64,000 nucleotides of DNA. It comes from the human T2T-CHM13v2.0 reference genome, Homo sapiens. The position numbers and the translations under genes were made by a program. Positions 29,345-43,178 of this stretch are shown piece by piece. The notes below the pieces were generated by a model, which had not been told where the DNA came from, searched no databases, and saw nothing but the letters and a program-made list of their open reading frames with translations. How positions within the stretch are numbered: position 1 is the stretch's first letter; every line of letters begins with the position of its first letter. The stretch lies in the NCBI RefSeq assembly GCF_009914755.1, contig NC_060942.1. One strand, given 5' to 3'.

Positions 29345-30810
29345 TTTTTAAGTTTTTAAATTTTAAATTATTCTGGGTACGTAATAGTACATACTTATGG
29401 GGTACATGTGATATTTGATACAAGCATACAATATGCAGTGATCAAATCGGTAATTGGGATACCCGTCACCTCAAGCATTTATCGTTGCTTCGCGTTAGTA
29501 ATCCTCCGTTTATCGTTGCTTCGCGTTAGTAATCCTCCGTTTATCGTTGCTTCGCGTTAGTAATCCTCCGTTTATCGTTGCTTCGCGTTAGTAATCCTCC
29601 GTTTATCGTTGCTTCGCGTTAGTAATCCTCCGTTTATCGTTGCTTCGTGTTAGTAATCCTCTGTTTATCGTTGCTTCGCGTTAGTAATATTGCAGTTCCA
29701 TTCTTAGTTATTGTAAAATATACATAAATTATTGTCAGTGAAGGTCACCCTATCATGCTACTGAGCGCTGGATCTTATTCCTTCTATCCGACTGTATTTT
29801 TGTACCCATTCACCAGCCCCCTTTATCACCCCTATCCCCAATATCCTCAATGTCCCCGATATCCTTCCCGGACTCTGGTAACCATCATTCTACTCTCTGT
29901 CTCCAGGAGTTCAACCTTTTTTTCTTAGCTCCCACATAAGAATGAGAAGACCCAGTGTTTGTCTTTCTGTGCCCGGCTGATTTCACTTAGCATAATGTGC
30001 CCCTGTTCCATTCACATTGTTGTAGATGAAAGGGTCTCATTCTTTAGTGATGGCTGAATAATACTCCATTGTGTGTACACCACGTTTTCTTCATCCGTGC
30101 ATCCAGTGGGGGACACAGGCTGATTCCATAACGTGGCCACTGTGAACAGTGCCGCAGTACACGTAGGGGTGCCGAGATCTCTTCAGTGTACTGATTTCCT
30201 TTCTTTGGGGGATATTCCCAGGCGTGGGATTGTGGATTATATGGTGGCTCTGTGTTTAGATTGGGGGTAACCTCCATGCTGCTCTCCAGAGGGCTGCACG
30301 AATTTACATTCCCGACAACAGTGCTCCCTTCTCCCACCTCCTCCCTCGCCAGCATTTGAATTGCTGTCTTTTGGATAGAAGCCGTTTTAACTGGGGTGAG
30401 GTGATACCTCATTGTAATTTTTATTTGCATGTCTGATGATTAAAGGATATTGAGCATGCTTTCCTATACCTGTTGGCCGTTTGTGTGTCTTCTTTTGAGA
30501 AATGTCTGTTCAGATCTTTTGCCCATATTTTAATCGAATTACTCATTTTTTTCCGATTAAGTCGTTTGAGAATATACAATGATCTGGTAGATTCTGCTTA
30601 TTAATCTCTTCTCAGTGGGTAGTTTGCAAATATTTTCTCTCATTCTGTGGGTTTTCTCTTCACTTTGTTGATTGTTTTCTTTGCTGTGCAGTGGCTTTTT
30701 AGCCCAATGTGATCCTGTTTGTCCATTTTTGCTTTGGTTGCCTGTGCTTTTGAGGTCTTATTCAAGAAGTCTTTGCCCAGACCAAAGTGCCCTGGAGTGT
30801 GCCAGCCTAT
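29345..30810 (-). mobile_element. L1MA-like 3' fragment
   Basis: Reverse L1 3' end (ggggtacatgtgatatttgatacaagcataca; tggctgaataatactccattgtgt); the minus-strand [17 protein letters not shown] resembles the L1 ORF2 C-terminus. Confidence 0.85.
29478..29688. repeat. 31-bp CpG-rich tandem repeat inside the L1, about 7 copies
   Basis: tttatcgttgcttcgcgttagtaatcctccg repeated. Confidence 0.95.
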
Positions 30811-32230
30811 TAGGCACATTTTCAAATTTGATTAGTGGTTTTAGATACCAAGCAGATATTACCCATATAAGGGCGTCTTTTAATTTTTCAGTCCACCCAC
30901 AGATACAGATGTCAAGCAGAAAAGGGTTGAGGTCTGTCTGACTCACTCTTGGGGTGTAGTTCTTCAGCCAGCGCTGTGGGCTGAGACCAGACCCTGCCCC
31001 ACATCCCACTACCTGGAGGACCAACAGGTGCTGACCAGGTACCCAACAAATTGCACTGGCCCTTACATGCAGGGTTGATTAATAAGAGTAAAGGCTCCTT
31101 TTCCCTTAAATATGGAAACGAGTTGTCTCACTTCAGAATGTTGCTTATAGAAAAATAGTAATTCTATACCATTAAGTCTTCTTAATTGCTGGTCTAATAT
31201 GTAACATTTTGCTGTCCCTGAATTTATAAATAGTTAACTATATGGTCTTATTTGTTTAAATGAAATTTGTATTTCTAGATGATAAATTCGGGCTGAGGAG
31301 AAATTCCAACATTGTACATAGTCATTCCTCCTTCAGAAAGCAGGTTTTGAAGTGTGTTCAGCAGCTGGGGCTGTGGAGTAAACCAGTGGGGCTGGAGAGC
31401 CATGTGGGGAAGATGAAGGCCGTGGCCGAAGACAGACCCGGTCCCTGCTGGAAAAGGGAGCCCACAACCCCTGAGCCCCTCTCCCAGGTTCTGGGGAGGA
31501 GGGACCCCAGATGCCGGAGGACACAGGTCGTTTGTGTGACGCATTCTTTCCTCCCCAGTCTAGAGCAGGACTAGCTGGTACTCTCCCTGGAAATAGAAAA
31601 TGGTGCCTCAGATCACTTCTGCCCTCTGGGATGCAGATGAAGAACTTGAGTTGAGAAAAGGTGTCTGACTCTCCCATCTCTTATGCCTTTTCTGTAGAAG
31701 TGCACGTCGGATTTTGTAACTGAAATGACTGCAAATGTAGGATAGTAGTTACAGTTTCTCTCTCAATACTGCTTTTCCAGAATCATTCTATTCCATATAT
31801 CATAAGCTCACTTTACTTTGTAAACTTCTTAAAATATGAGAAATTTGTAAAAGGTAAATGCTGATAGATTGAGTACGCACCATTTGAAACTGTATAAATA
31901 TGTGTGTGTGTTTATTATCCTAAAACAGTTGGCCTGTTTGTCTATTTAATTCCTTAACTAGAGCCTAAAAAATGTTTGGGAAGTCACCTGAGGTCACATG
32001 ACAGGGAAGGAGCGGGGGCTTTTGCACTGCAGGCCTCTCAAAAGCATGCCTGTGGGGCGAGGTCAGTGGCAGTGGCACCTGGGCAGCCCTGAAAAGGAGG
32101 GACAGGTGCCTGTCACCTCCACGCAGCACCGGTGACACCATCGCGATCCCTGGCTTTGCTCCCGGCACTCCCCACTTGCACGCAGCATCTCCAGAGCCAG
32201 AAGAGACATGGCGTTAGGCTGTTTTCCATT

Positions 32231-33117
32231 ATCTCTGCACACTCCATTCCTTCACATGGTGTTAGGGTGTCATCTCTGTACCCTCCGTCCCCTCACATGG
32301 TGTTAGGGTGTCATCTCTGTACCCTCCCTCCCCTCACATGGTGTTAGGGTGTCATCTCTGTACCCTCCCTCCCCTCACATGGTGTTAGGGTGTCATCTCT
32401 GTACCCTCCCTCCCGTCATATAGTGTTAGGGTGTCACCTCTGTACCCTCCCTCCCCTCACATGGTGTTAGGGTGTCACCTCTGTACCCTCCCTCCCCTCA
32501 CATGGTGTTAGGGTGTCATCTCTGTACCCTCCCTCCCCTCACATGGTGTTAGGGTGTCATCTCTGTACCCTCCCTCCCCTCACATGGTGTTAGGGTGTCA
32601 TCTCTGTACCCTCCCTCCCCTCACATGGTGTTAGGGTGTCATCTCTGTACCCTCCCTCCCCTCACATGGTGTTAGGGTGTCATCTCTGTACCCTCCCTCC
32701 CCTCACATGGTGTTAGGGTGTCATCTCTGTACCCTCCCTCCCCTCACATGGTGTTAGGGTGTCATCTCTGTACCCTTCCTCCCCTCACATGGTGTTAGTG
32801 TGTCATCTCTGCACACTCCCTCCCCTCACATGGTGTTAGGGTGTCATCTCTATACCCTCCCTCCCCTCACATGGTGTTAGGGTGTCATCTCTGTACCCTC
32901 CCTCCCCTCACATGGTGTTAGGGTGTCATCCCTGCACACTCCTTCCCCTCACATGGTGTTAGGGTGTCATCTCTATACCCTCCCTCCCCTCACATGGTGT
33001 TAGTGTGTCATCTCTGCACACTCTCTCCCTGCACATGGTGTTAAGTGTCATCTCTGTACCCTCCCTCCCTGAGCTCACATGGTGTTCGGTTTCATCTCTG
33101 CACACTCCGTCCCCACA
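32231..33117. repeat. 41-bp VNTR, about 21 copies (CACATGGTGTTAGGGTGTCATCTCTGTACCCTCCCTCCCCT)
   Basis: Period 41 (e.g. 32581 to 32622). Confidence 0.97.
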
Positions 33118-33906
33118 CAGTGCCCTGCTGTGTCAAGTTCAAAGCATGAAAAAGAAAGGAAGCAGCTCTTCACACCCAGACACTGGAAAATCATGCTAGA
33201 GGTATTCTGTGGTCAGACGTGTGGGGAATTGCTTAGAAAATCTGATTTTAAAGGTAGTTCCTGGTCTGCCCACGAGTGCATGTCTGGAGGGCTCCTGTGA
33301 GAAAGCTGAGGGTAGAGCCCTGGCATCCTCCTGGTGGCCTCCCTGTGCTGACTGTCCACTGTGCTGACTGTCCACTGTGTGCCCTCACACCTCATTTCTC
33401 GAATCCTTGCTGCAGCTCTGAGTGGTGCCTCGGCACGGCCATTCTGTAGACAAGGACCCTGGGGTTGCAGAGGTGCAGCCATTTGCCCAGGGTTCGGTCC
33501 TAACCTGAGCAGCTGGCCACAGAGCCAGAGCTCTTGAGAACTTTGCTACAGTCTCTCTAAGAGTGTGAACTCATCCTCACAGGAATGTTCAGAAGGCCCT
33601 AAGATTGATTTAATATCCTGTGCACTAGACAACATTTAAAATGTTCCTGAAGTGACTTGAGTTCTTAGAACCTAAGATTTTAAAACTGTTTGGCTGAGAG
33701 TGAGGTGGAGGTTAAAACTGAAGGCAAGGACGTGCTCATCGGAAGAGGTGGGTGAGAATGAGGTTGTGGTTTAAGAAGAGGACTCACCCAGGCTGTGAGG
33801 GGCTTCAGCACTGTGGGTGGCGGCAGGCCTGCAGAACAGAGAGGAGACCCTGAGGGAAGCAGCTGTGTTACTGGGCTGTGCTGCAGTGGTGTGGGACGTT
33901 GCAGAG

Positions 33907-34671
33907 AGCGTGCTCTCCATGGTTAGTGTGCTCCCCATGGTTAGCGTGTTCTCCGTGGTTAGCGTGCTCTCCGTGGTTAGTGTGCTCTCTCCATGGTTAG
34001 CGTGCTCTCCGTGGTTAGCGTGCTCTCCGTGGTTAGCGTGCTCTCCGTGGTTAACGTGCTCTCCGTGGTTAACGTGCCCTCCGTGGTTAGCGTGCCCTCC
34101 GTGGTTAGTGTGCCCTCCCTGGTTAGCGTGCTCTCCGTGTTTAGCGTGCTCTCCGTGTTTAGCGTGCTCTCCGTGGTTAGCGTGCTCTCCGTGGTTAGTG
34201 TGCTCTCCGTGTTTAGCGTGCTCTCCGTGGTTAACGTGCTCTCTGTGGTTAGTGTGCTCTCCGTGGTTAGCGTGTTCTCCGTGGTTAGTGTGTTCTCCGT
34301 GGTTAGCGTGCTCTCCATGGATAGTGTGCTCTCCGTGGTTAGCGTGCTCTCCGTGGGTAGCGTGCTCTCTCTGGTTAGCGTGCTCTCCGTGGTTAGCGTG
34401 CTCTCTCTGGTTAGCGTGCTCTCCGTGGTTAGCGTGCTCTCCGTGGTTAGCGTGCTCTCCGTGGTTAGCGTGCTCTCCGTGGTTAGCGTGCTCTCTCTGG
34501 TTAGCGTGCTCTCCGTGGTTAGCGTGCTCTCTGTGGTTAGCGTGCTCTCTGTGGTTAGCGTGCTCTCCGTGGATAGTGTGCTCTCTGTGGTTAGCGTGCT
34601 CTCCGTGGTTAGTGTGCTCTCTGTGGTTAGTGTGTTCTCCGTGGTTAGCATGTTCCCCATGGTTAGTGTGC
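33907..34671. repeat. 18-bp VNTR, about 42 copies (AGCGTGCTCTCCGTGGTT)
   Basis: Tandem array; 6-aa periodicity in the ORF track. Confidence 0.97.
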
Positions 34672-35583
34672 CTTTAGCTGCATAATAGGATTGGCATACC
34701 CTATTTATCTGATTAATGTCTGGTAGGGAGGTTGCTTTTAAAGACAGACTTTTATCAGAAAATAATACTTTTTGTCATAAAATACTATTCACAAATTATT
34801 AACTGTAAAAATTGCTCTTCCACTTGTGATTGTTAAATTTTAATAAGTCAATAAATAATTATCAATAAGAATACATTCTATTTCTGAGTACCTGCCATAT
34901 GCCAGAGAATCACTCATGTTATTTTGGCCTCAAAGCAATTTGGAAGGCCATTTTTCCACATGACAGAAGAGGAGCGTGGCCCCAGCAGAGTGAAGACCTG
35001 GCCACAGGAGTTCCGACTTTCACACTTGGGCTTAGAACCCAGGCCTGCTTTCTCCTTGTCTATCTTGTCTCCTTTAAGTTTGCAAATATTACATGTAGAC
35101 ACATTAATAGAGTTAATTAGTCACCAATTTGTCTCTTATTTTAGAAAAATAATTACCATAAACATGAGATTCAAACTATTTCCCCTTTCATGGTGTCCAT
35201 GGAACTGGGGGGGGAGAAACCTTGAAAAGTCGTATAACTTGCTCCCTGTCCCCAGACTGATGGGGTGAGCTGCGTTCTCAATTTTAAAACCATCTGGCTC
35301 TAGGGAGCAATTAACACAAATTGTAAAGAAAGTCTTTATGATCCATAATGGTCTTTATTTTAAAGAATAATACCAAGTGACTTTTGTGATATTGCTTAGG
35401 ATTCCTCTAGAACAATGTTATTCAAACGTATATACTTAGCCGTGAAAACAAAAAGTTCTGAACACCTAAGTTCTTCTGCAGCTGTCTCATGTTGGCAAGC
35501 TTTCTGAGCACTGCCGTGCTGGCTCGCCTGCGTGCGGCTTTCCTGAGGCAGCGGTGGCCTCAGTTGTTGCTGGTCTCCCGTAG

Positions 35584-35745
35584 GTCGCTCTGGTGCAGTG
35601 GACAGAGAGTGTGGGCCTCACGCTGGTCAGCAGGGACCTCACCTCCATGCAGCTGAAGACCCCCAGTGGCCAGGTCCTCAGCTTCTGCATTCTGCAGCTG
35701 TTTCCCTTCACCTCCGAGAGCAAGCGGATGGGCGTCATCGTCAGG
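35584..35745 (+). CDS. ATP9B: ATP9B coding exon ([11 protein letters not shown]...[15 protein letters not shown])
   Basis: cccgtag acceptor, AGG|gtgagg donor; 162 nt; FxSxxKRM nucleotide-binding motif; continues SPDE-VALV. Confidence 0.95.
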
Positions 35746-36454
35746 GTGAGGCTGCGGGGAGGGTGCCACGCGATGGCTTCAGACATTTTGTTTTCACACC
35801 TTTTAAACACAGATTTTCCCAAAAGAAAGTTAAACATTTACTCAGGTGCTTTATGCTGTTACAGTTTTGTTTGTTTTTTTTTTTTAATGAAATCTAAGCT
35901 AATAATCTATATCTGGGAACCTACTGTGTCTCTAGTGAGATAAAATAATTCTCCTAAGTCAACCTAGCCAGAATCAATAATGTGGGATTTATTAATTTTT
36001 GAAATCAACAACTAAAGCTGTTTTGATTTCAACAAAAATAACATGCCAAAGAGTTTGACTTTTGTACATTGATTTATGACCATAAAGTTGCCAAAACGTA
36101 CCTTAATTTTTTTAGCAAACACCAAAATCATATCTTGGAAGTTGACTAAACAATGAAGCATTAAATCCAACTGTAAAAGTTTAAGAGAATGAATGCAACT
36201 CAAATCATATTCATTAACACACTCAGACCTTCAGCCTAGCATCTCAGGATGCACAATTATGTTCTCAGTCCTGATTGCACTATTGCTGAAGAGTGGGCCT
36301 AGCCCTCCGCGTAGAAACACGTGTGAGGAGCTTAACACACAGGAACACATTCATAGGAATTGCTTTTTCCATTGTATGTTTTATTAGACTAGCAGTTATT
36401 TGCCCCGAGCAATGCAGCCTAAATGTGCCTCTGTTTATTTTTGTTCTTTGATAG

Positions 36455-36547
36455 GATGAATCCACGGCAGAAATCACATTCTACATGAAGGGCGCTGACG
36501 TGGCCATGTCTCCTATCGTGCAGTATAATGACTGGCTGGAAGAGGAG
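36455..36547 (+). CDS. ATP9B: ATP9B coding exon ([31 protein letters not shown])
   Basis: ttgttctttgatag acceptor, GAG|gtatgt donor; 93 nt; KGAD motif. Confidence 0.95.
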
Positions 36548-36856
36548 GTATGTGAGTGACTCTAGCGTGGTTCACAGTGTTTCTATGGAAGAGGAGGTAT
36601 GTGAGTGACTCTCAGCCTGGTTCACAGTGTTTCTATGAACTTTATTGATAGATGACAGGAAAAGGATATCCTTTCCCCAGCTTGCAGACACTGGTATCAT
36701 TGGATGAATTGAGCTGTCAAAATGTCAAACCAGATGCTGATGGGAACCACATAGGTTGTCAAACACAGTATCATTTTATACTAAATTATTTTAAGTGCTT
36801 GCAGTTCTCAATTTCATAAAGGAGAAAGGGTAGGAGTCCTATCTATTTATAAATAG

Positions 36857-37155
<299 letters not shown>

Positions 37156-38357
37156 AATAATTTACTTTCTGTGTAAATAACAATCATTTTTGTTTTGTGT
37201 GTGAGTGCGTGTCAATCTATACAAGTAGGTCCTTACAAAGAATATTTTGTTTATAATAGAAATAGAAAGCATTATCAATCATTCACTATTCTGAAATAAT
37301 ACTTTATATGTAATCAAAGTTATATTTTAATGTATCTCTTTTGTAACATAAATATTTGCAAGATTTTCTTTAGAATTTTAACCTAATGCTAATTTGTGCA
37401 TAAGGTTCACCTAAAATTAGAACATAAGATACAAATAATAAGCAATCCCATATTTCATTAAATTCTCCTGAAGTAAATAGGATTTGTAGGTAGCCTCATG
37501 AGATGATTTTATCGTTAAGCTTATGTATAAATCAGTAGTTGGATTTCCAAGTAAAATGGAGACTGTTGTAATTGTAGTAAACATGGCCCTTTTTCCTGTG
37601 TGCGTGTTGCTGTTGGAATTCAGAGTCTCTCCTCCCACCCTGGGACCTCAGAGATGGTCTGTCCGTGCAGCCTCCACACCCCAGTGTTCGCAACGGTAGT
37701 GGCAATATGAATCAATATCTCCTTCAGGGTGGTTTGATTTAATCAGGGACATGAATAAATTAAACTCCCTGAAGACCTAGTAAAATGCCATAAAAATTAC
37801 TTTTGGTCATAATGATGTGCAATTAATTGTAAAATACTTCTTTAATTTATTTAGCTTTATGAGGCCAAATCAATAAATGTTTTGCAACAGACAGATGATG
37901 TCAGAATGTTTTTCACAAAGATAACTTTATTAAAAATTCTATGTACATTTATTTTTTCAACATTATATTTTCTTTCCTTGGATAAATTGTTGTCCCTTCA
38001 CCAATGTCTTTGTTGTGGTACTACTATATTATGAAAGCCTTTCATTTTATTAAAAACGAAATGAGGCAGCAGATTCTTCGAGCTGGAGTTAAAAGTGTAT
38101 TATTCTGCTTCCATCAGGCTCCTCCAGAACTGAATTCTTGGCTTGTCAAATGTTTAAAAAAAAAAAAACTTTTCAATGATCACATAACAGAAAGAACCAG
38201 TTTATGCAAACCTGAGATGTAAGAATATGTAAGTCTGTGAACAGACTTAAAATAGTGATGTTCCGGATAGCTGGAGGTGTTGAGGTGATTGGCTTCCTTC
38301 CCTCTAAACACAAACCTGAGTTGGGCCCTGGACATTGTATTGTAAAGGAAACAAGTA

Positions 38358-39164
<807 letters not shown>

Positions 39165-40517
39165 TAGTTAAAATTGGGAACGACAGGAGGTATAATGAAT
39201 GACAGCCTTGCCTTTGTAATTCACAGTAATTGTCACTTCTTTTGTCTCCTGTAACACATGACCCTATAGAGGTCACTATTCCAATTCCTAAACAGGAGAC
39301 GGGAAGAGACACAGCTGTTGGATGCATAAAGAAGGGTGCTAGACCCACGCCTCTCCTCCAGCCCTTCCTGCCATCCCTGCAGCCTCCAGTCCAACGTCAA
39401 ATACAATCAACTGGATGAATTAAAAAGAAATTGCAAATAATATGAAGAGTTCAATAATGTTTATTTGCCTACAGATTAACCTTGATCAGCAGATACAGTA
39501 CACTGGCTTCATTAGAGTGGGGCCTCCCACATGGAGGGCTGCCTGATGCCCAGGAGAGATGATGGGTGGTGACAGGGTCTCTGCGCGTGCCTGGGGGGCC
39601 GTGATGTGTTTCCAAATGTGCGGCTGTGCCCGGGTGGTTTCTCAGCACTTTTCCTGGGCAGTGCTGAGAAAGGTCAGATGCCCAAAGTCCCAGCTGTCTG
39701 GGCTGCAACTGCCATCTCTGGCTTTCTGTTGCTGTCTGAGGAGCTGGCCTCTCCACTGCATGTCCACCCCAAGGGCTGGCGGAGCCTTCCTTAGGGACAC
39801 TGTCATGTTCTTCTCCCTGCCATGCAGATTCTCAGTGTTCAGCACAACATTGCACAAACCAGGTTTACTAGTATTTGATCTTCTTTTCCGTAAACAAGTG
39901 TAGCTAATTAACTTGTTTAGGATATCCTTGCTTAAGTGTCTGCATTATCAATGTTCACATTTTTAAAGTTTTAAATATACATTGAAAATAATGTTTTTGA
40001 TTAGTTGTTCTCTAGCTGTAACGTAGAGCTTTATTCTCCTTGGAGGTTACCAAAATAGCCTCTAAAAGACCTCTCCCCTCACTGTGTGTCATGGTGGCAG
40101 GGCAGGTCTTGGAGGTTACCAAAATAGCCTCTAAAAGACCTCTCCTCTCGCCGTGTGTCATGGTGGCAGGGCAGGTTAGCAGCTGCACCACCTCTGCGGG
40201 CTCATTGCGGCCGTAGCTAAGTTGGGAGTGTCCACCTGAGCTACAGAAAGTTCCTGGGGCTTCAGGAAGATGTGATTACCACTGATTTCTCTGTATTGTC
40301 AACCCCAGTGTCAGAGACAGGAGCTTTATAAACATGGTTAAAATTTGAAAGAGTTGCTCAAATTTGAAATTTGAGAGGGAGTCAACAACATCTGGATGGA
40401 GAGTCTTAAGCAGCGAATCTTTCGGGACCTTCCAGAGCACAGAGAAGCCCTCTCTACAGGGAGGGTCACTGTTAAAGCATCTTAAAGTATGTTAGCCCTA
40501 ATAAGTTGAAACTGCTA

Positions 40518-40825
<308 letters not shown>

Positions 40826-41188
40826 CTAGATTCAAAAATTGATAGTTTGGACAGTTATACAGCTTAGTGTTCATTACTTTGGTTTTTTTAATGTACTTTT
40901 TATAGAACACACCACAGCTTTAAAGCTTAGGCACACCTCACCCAGCACTTAGTAATCAATTGTAGGGCCTCTCTGTATCCCTGGAAGAGAGCCCGGCTGT
41001 CCTGAGCCCCGTCCTGGTCCACACAGCAGAGGGGGGTGGGGTTGTCTCCTGACAGCCCCGACACCCCCTGGGGCTGTCCGGGAGCCCAGCACCCTCCACC
41101 CCTGCCTCTTGTCTGCATCCCCCAGACGTTGGCCCCTTGGGCAGGACCGTGTGTGCTCACAGCTAAGTCGTACACACGCCTGGCCCCC

Positions 41189-41387
41189 AGGAGACCCACC
41201 GGCGCCCTCCCTCCCACATCTGCCCAGACGCCCACCCCCCCCTTGTGCCGGATAGGAGACCCACCGGTGCCCTCCCTCCCACATCTGCCCAGTCGCCCAC
41301 ACCGCCTTGTTCCAGGTAGGAGACCCACCGGTGCCCTCCCTCCCACATCTGCCCAGTCGCCCACACTGCCTTGTTCCGGGTAGGAGA
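41189..41387. repeat. About 64-bp tandem repeat, 3 copies
   Basis: aggagacccaccgg.gccctccctcccacatctgcccag at 41189, 41254, 41318. Confidence 0.9.
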
Positions 41388-42433
41388 GCGGGGTGGGTTT
41401 GTTTCTTCACCTGCCTTGCAGGAACACGTGCCCTCACGCGTCTGTTCCTGTGGCCGCATGAGGCCTGTCCCTCTGGGTGTCCTTCACGTCACCACAACCA
41501 CGTGAGGGAGGAACTGTTTTCACTTTGCACACAAGGAAATGGCACAGAAAGCGCAGAGTTCCAGAAGTGGCTTCTGCCGCTCTGCCAGATTCTCTCCGCT
41601 GGCTATGTGGAAATGCAGGATGTAGCTATTAACTATGAGCAGGCTCGTTCAAGCCTTTTAAAACCTGACCCTCGTTCATGTAAGCAATATGGCAGCGTCA
41701 ACCTCGTGTGGACATCAGGGTCTACTTTTGTAAGTGCAGTTTGAACTTCCAGGACTGGGATGTGTGTCACTGGTATGAGCAGTTTAACTTTGAGAGTGTT
41801 ACCTCCACACAGGTTTGCTCCTGCACCACCCCTCAGCCTTGTCCCAGAGAGCCTGTTTCTTCACCCATCACCAGCTAAAACTGTTGCACTTTTACCTCTA
41901 ATGGGAAAGTAGTGTTTTTTATTTTGACACCTTCCCTGACTGAACACGGTTAGCACCGTTTCATGAGCTCATTGCAGGCATTTCCATGTCTTGCTTTAAC
42001 ACGCACATCAGGCCCCGTGACTCCTGCAGGGCTCCCCCAACTCTGGAAGGCGAATGCAGGGTGAGGCTTGTGAGCTTTGGGATCTGGCCGTGTCCCCACC
42101 AACCCCAGCTCTCACCGCGGCCCTGCACTCCTGCCCTCCCCTCCATCACTAACTGCGCTTACTGCTCATGATTGGCTGCCCTGCAAGGCCAGTTACATGC
42201 ACGTTAAAAATAGAGCAAGAAGAACTTACGCAGATTCACGGAGTTAGTCCCAGAGCAACACTCTTATGAGCCCATTTCTATGAAGGAGGAAACAAGTACA
42301 GAAAAATGAGGTCGTTTGCCCAAAAACACAAAGTCTGTGGCAGAAACAGGTTTCCGGCCCAGCCACCTGGTTCTAAATCCATGGTATTACAACACGCCAG
42401 GGGGGTCCCCCTCTCCCCCAGTGTACACCAGGA

Positions 42434-43178
42434 GCCCTCCCTGGCACCAGGCGCTCCCCTCGCCCGTCCCCAGCACCGCCGTGTGCACCCTCCATGCCCT
42501 CCCTGGCACCAGGTGCTCCCCTCGCCCGTCCCCAGCACCGCCGTGTGCACCCACCATGCCCTCCCTGGCACCAGGCGCTCCCCTCGCCCGTCCCCAGCAC
42601 CGCCGTGTGCACCCTCTGTGCCCTCCCTGGCACCAGGTGCTCCCCTCGCCCGTCCCCAGCACCGCCGTGTGCACCCACCATGCCCTCCCTGGCACCAGGC
42701 GCTCCCCTCGCCCGTCCCCAGCACCGCCGTGTGCACCCACCATGCCCTCCCTGGCACCAGGTGCTCCCCTCGCCCGTCCCCAGCACCGCCGTGTGCACCC
42801 TCCGTGCCCTCCCTGGCACCAGGTGCTCCCCTCGCCCGTCCCCAGCACCGCCGTGTGCACCCTCCATGCCCTCCCTGGCACCAGGCGCTCCCCTCGCCCG
42901 TCCCCAGCACCGCCGTGTGCACCCTCCATGCCCTCCCTGGCACCAGGTGCTCCCCTCGCCCGTCCCCAGCACCGCCGTGTGCACCCTCCATGCCCTCCCT
43001 GGCACCAGGCGCTCCCCTCGCCCGTCCCCAGCACCGCCGTGTGCACCCTCCGTGCCCTCCCTGGCACCAGGTGCTCCCCTCGCCCGTCCCCAGCACCGCC
43101 GTGTGCACCCTCCATGCCCTCCCTGGCACCAGGCGCTCCCCTCGCCCGTCCCCAGCACCGCCGTGTGCACCCTCCGTG
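42434..43178. repeat. 62-bp GC/CpG-rich VNTR, about 12 copies
   Basis: gccctccctggcaccaggygctcccctcgcccgtccccagcaccgccgtgtgcaccctccat; period 62. Confidence 0.97.

Noticed and set aside
30044-30825. ORFs resembling the L1 ORF2 C-terminus
   Set aside because: Fragmented old L1, not an intact or active element
32231-33117. Interstitial telomere
   Set aside because: TTAGGG occurs singly once per 41 bp, not as tandem hexamers
33817-34685. Mucin-like TTESTL, and SVLSVV / WLACSP repeat ORFs
   Set aside because: Translations of the 18-bp intronic VNTR; no splice or promoter support
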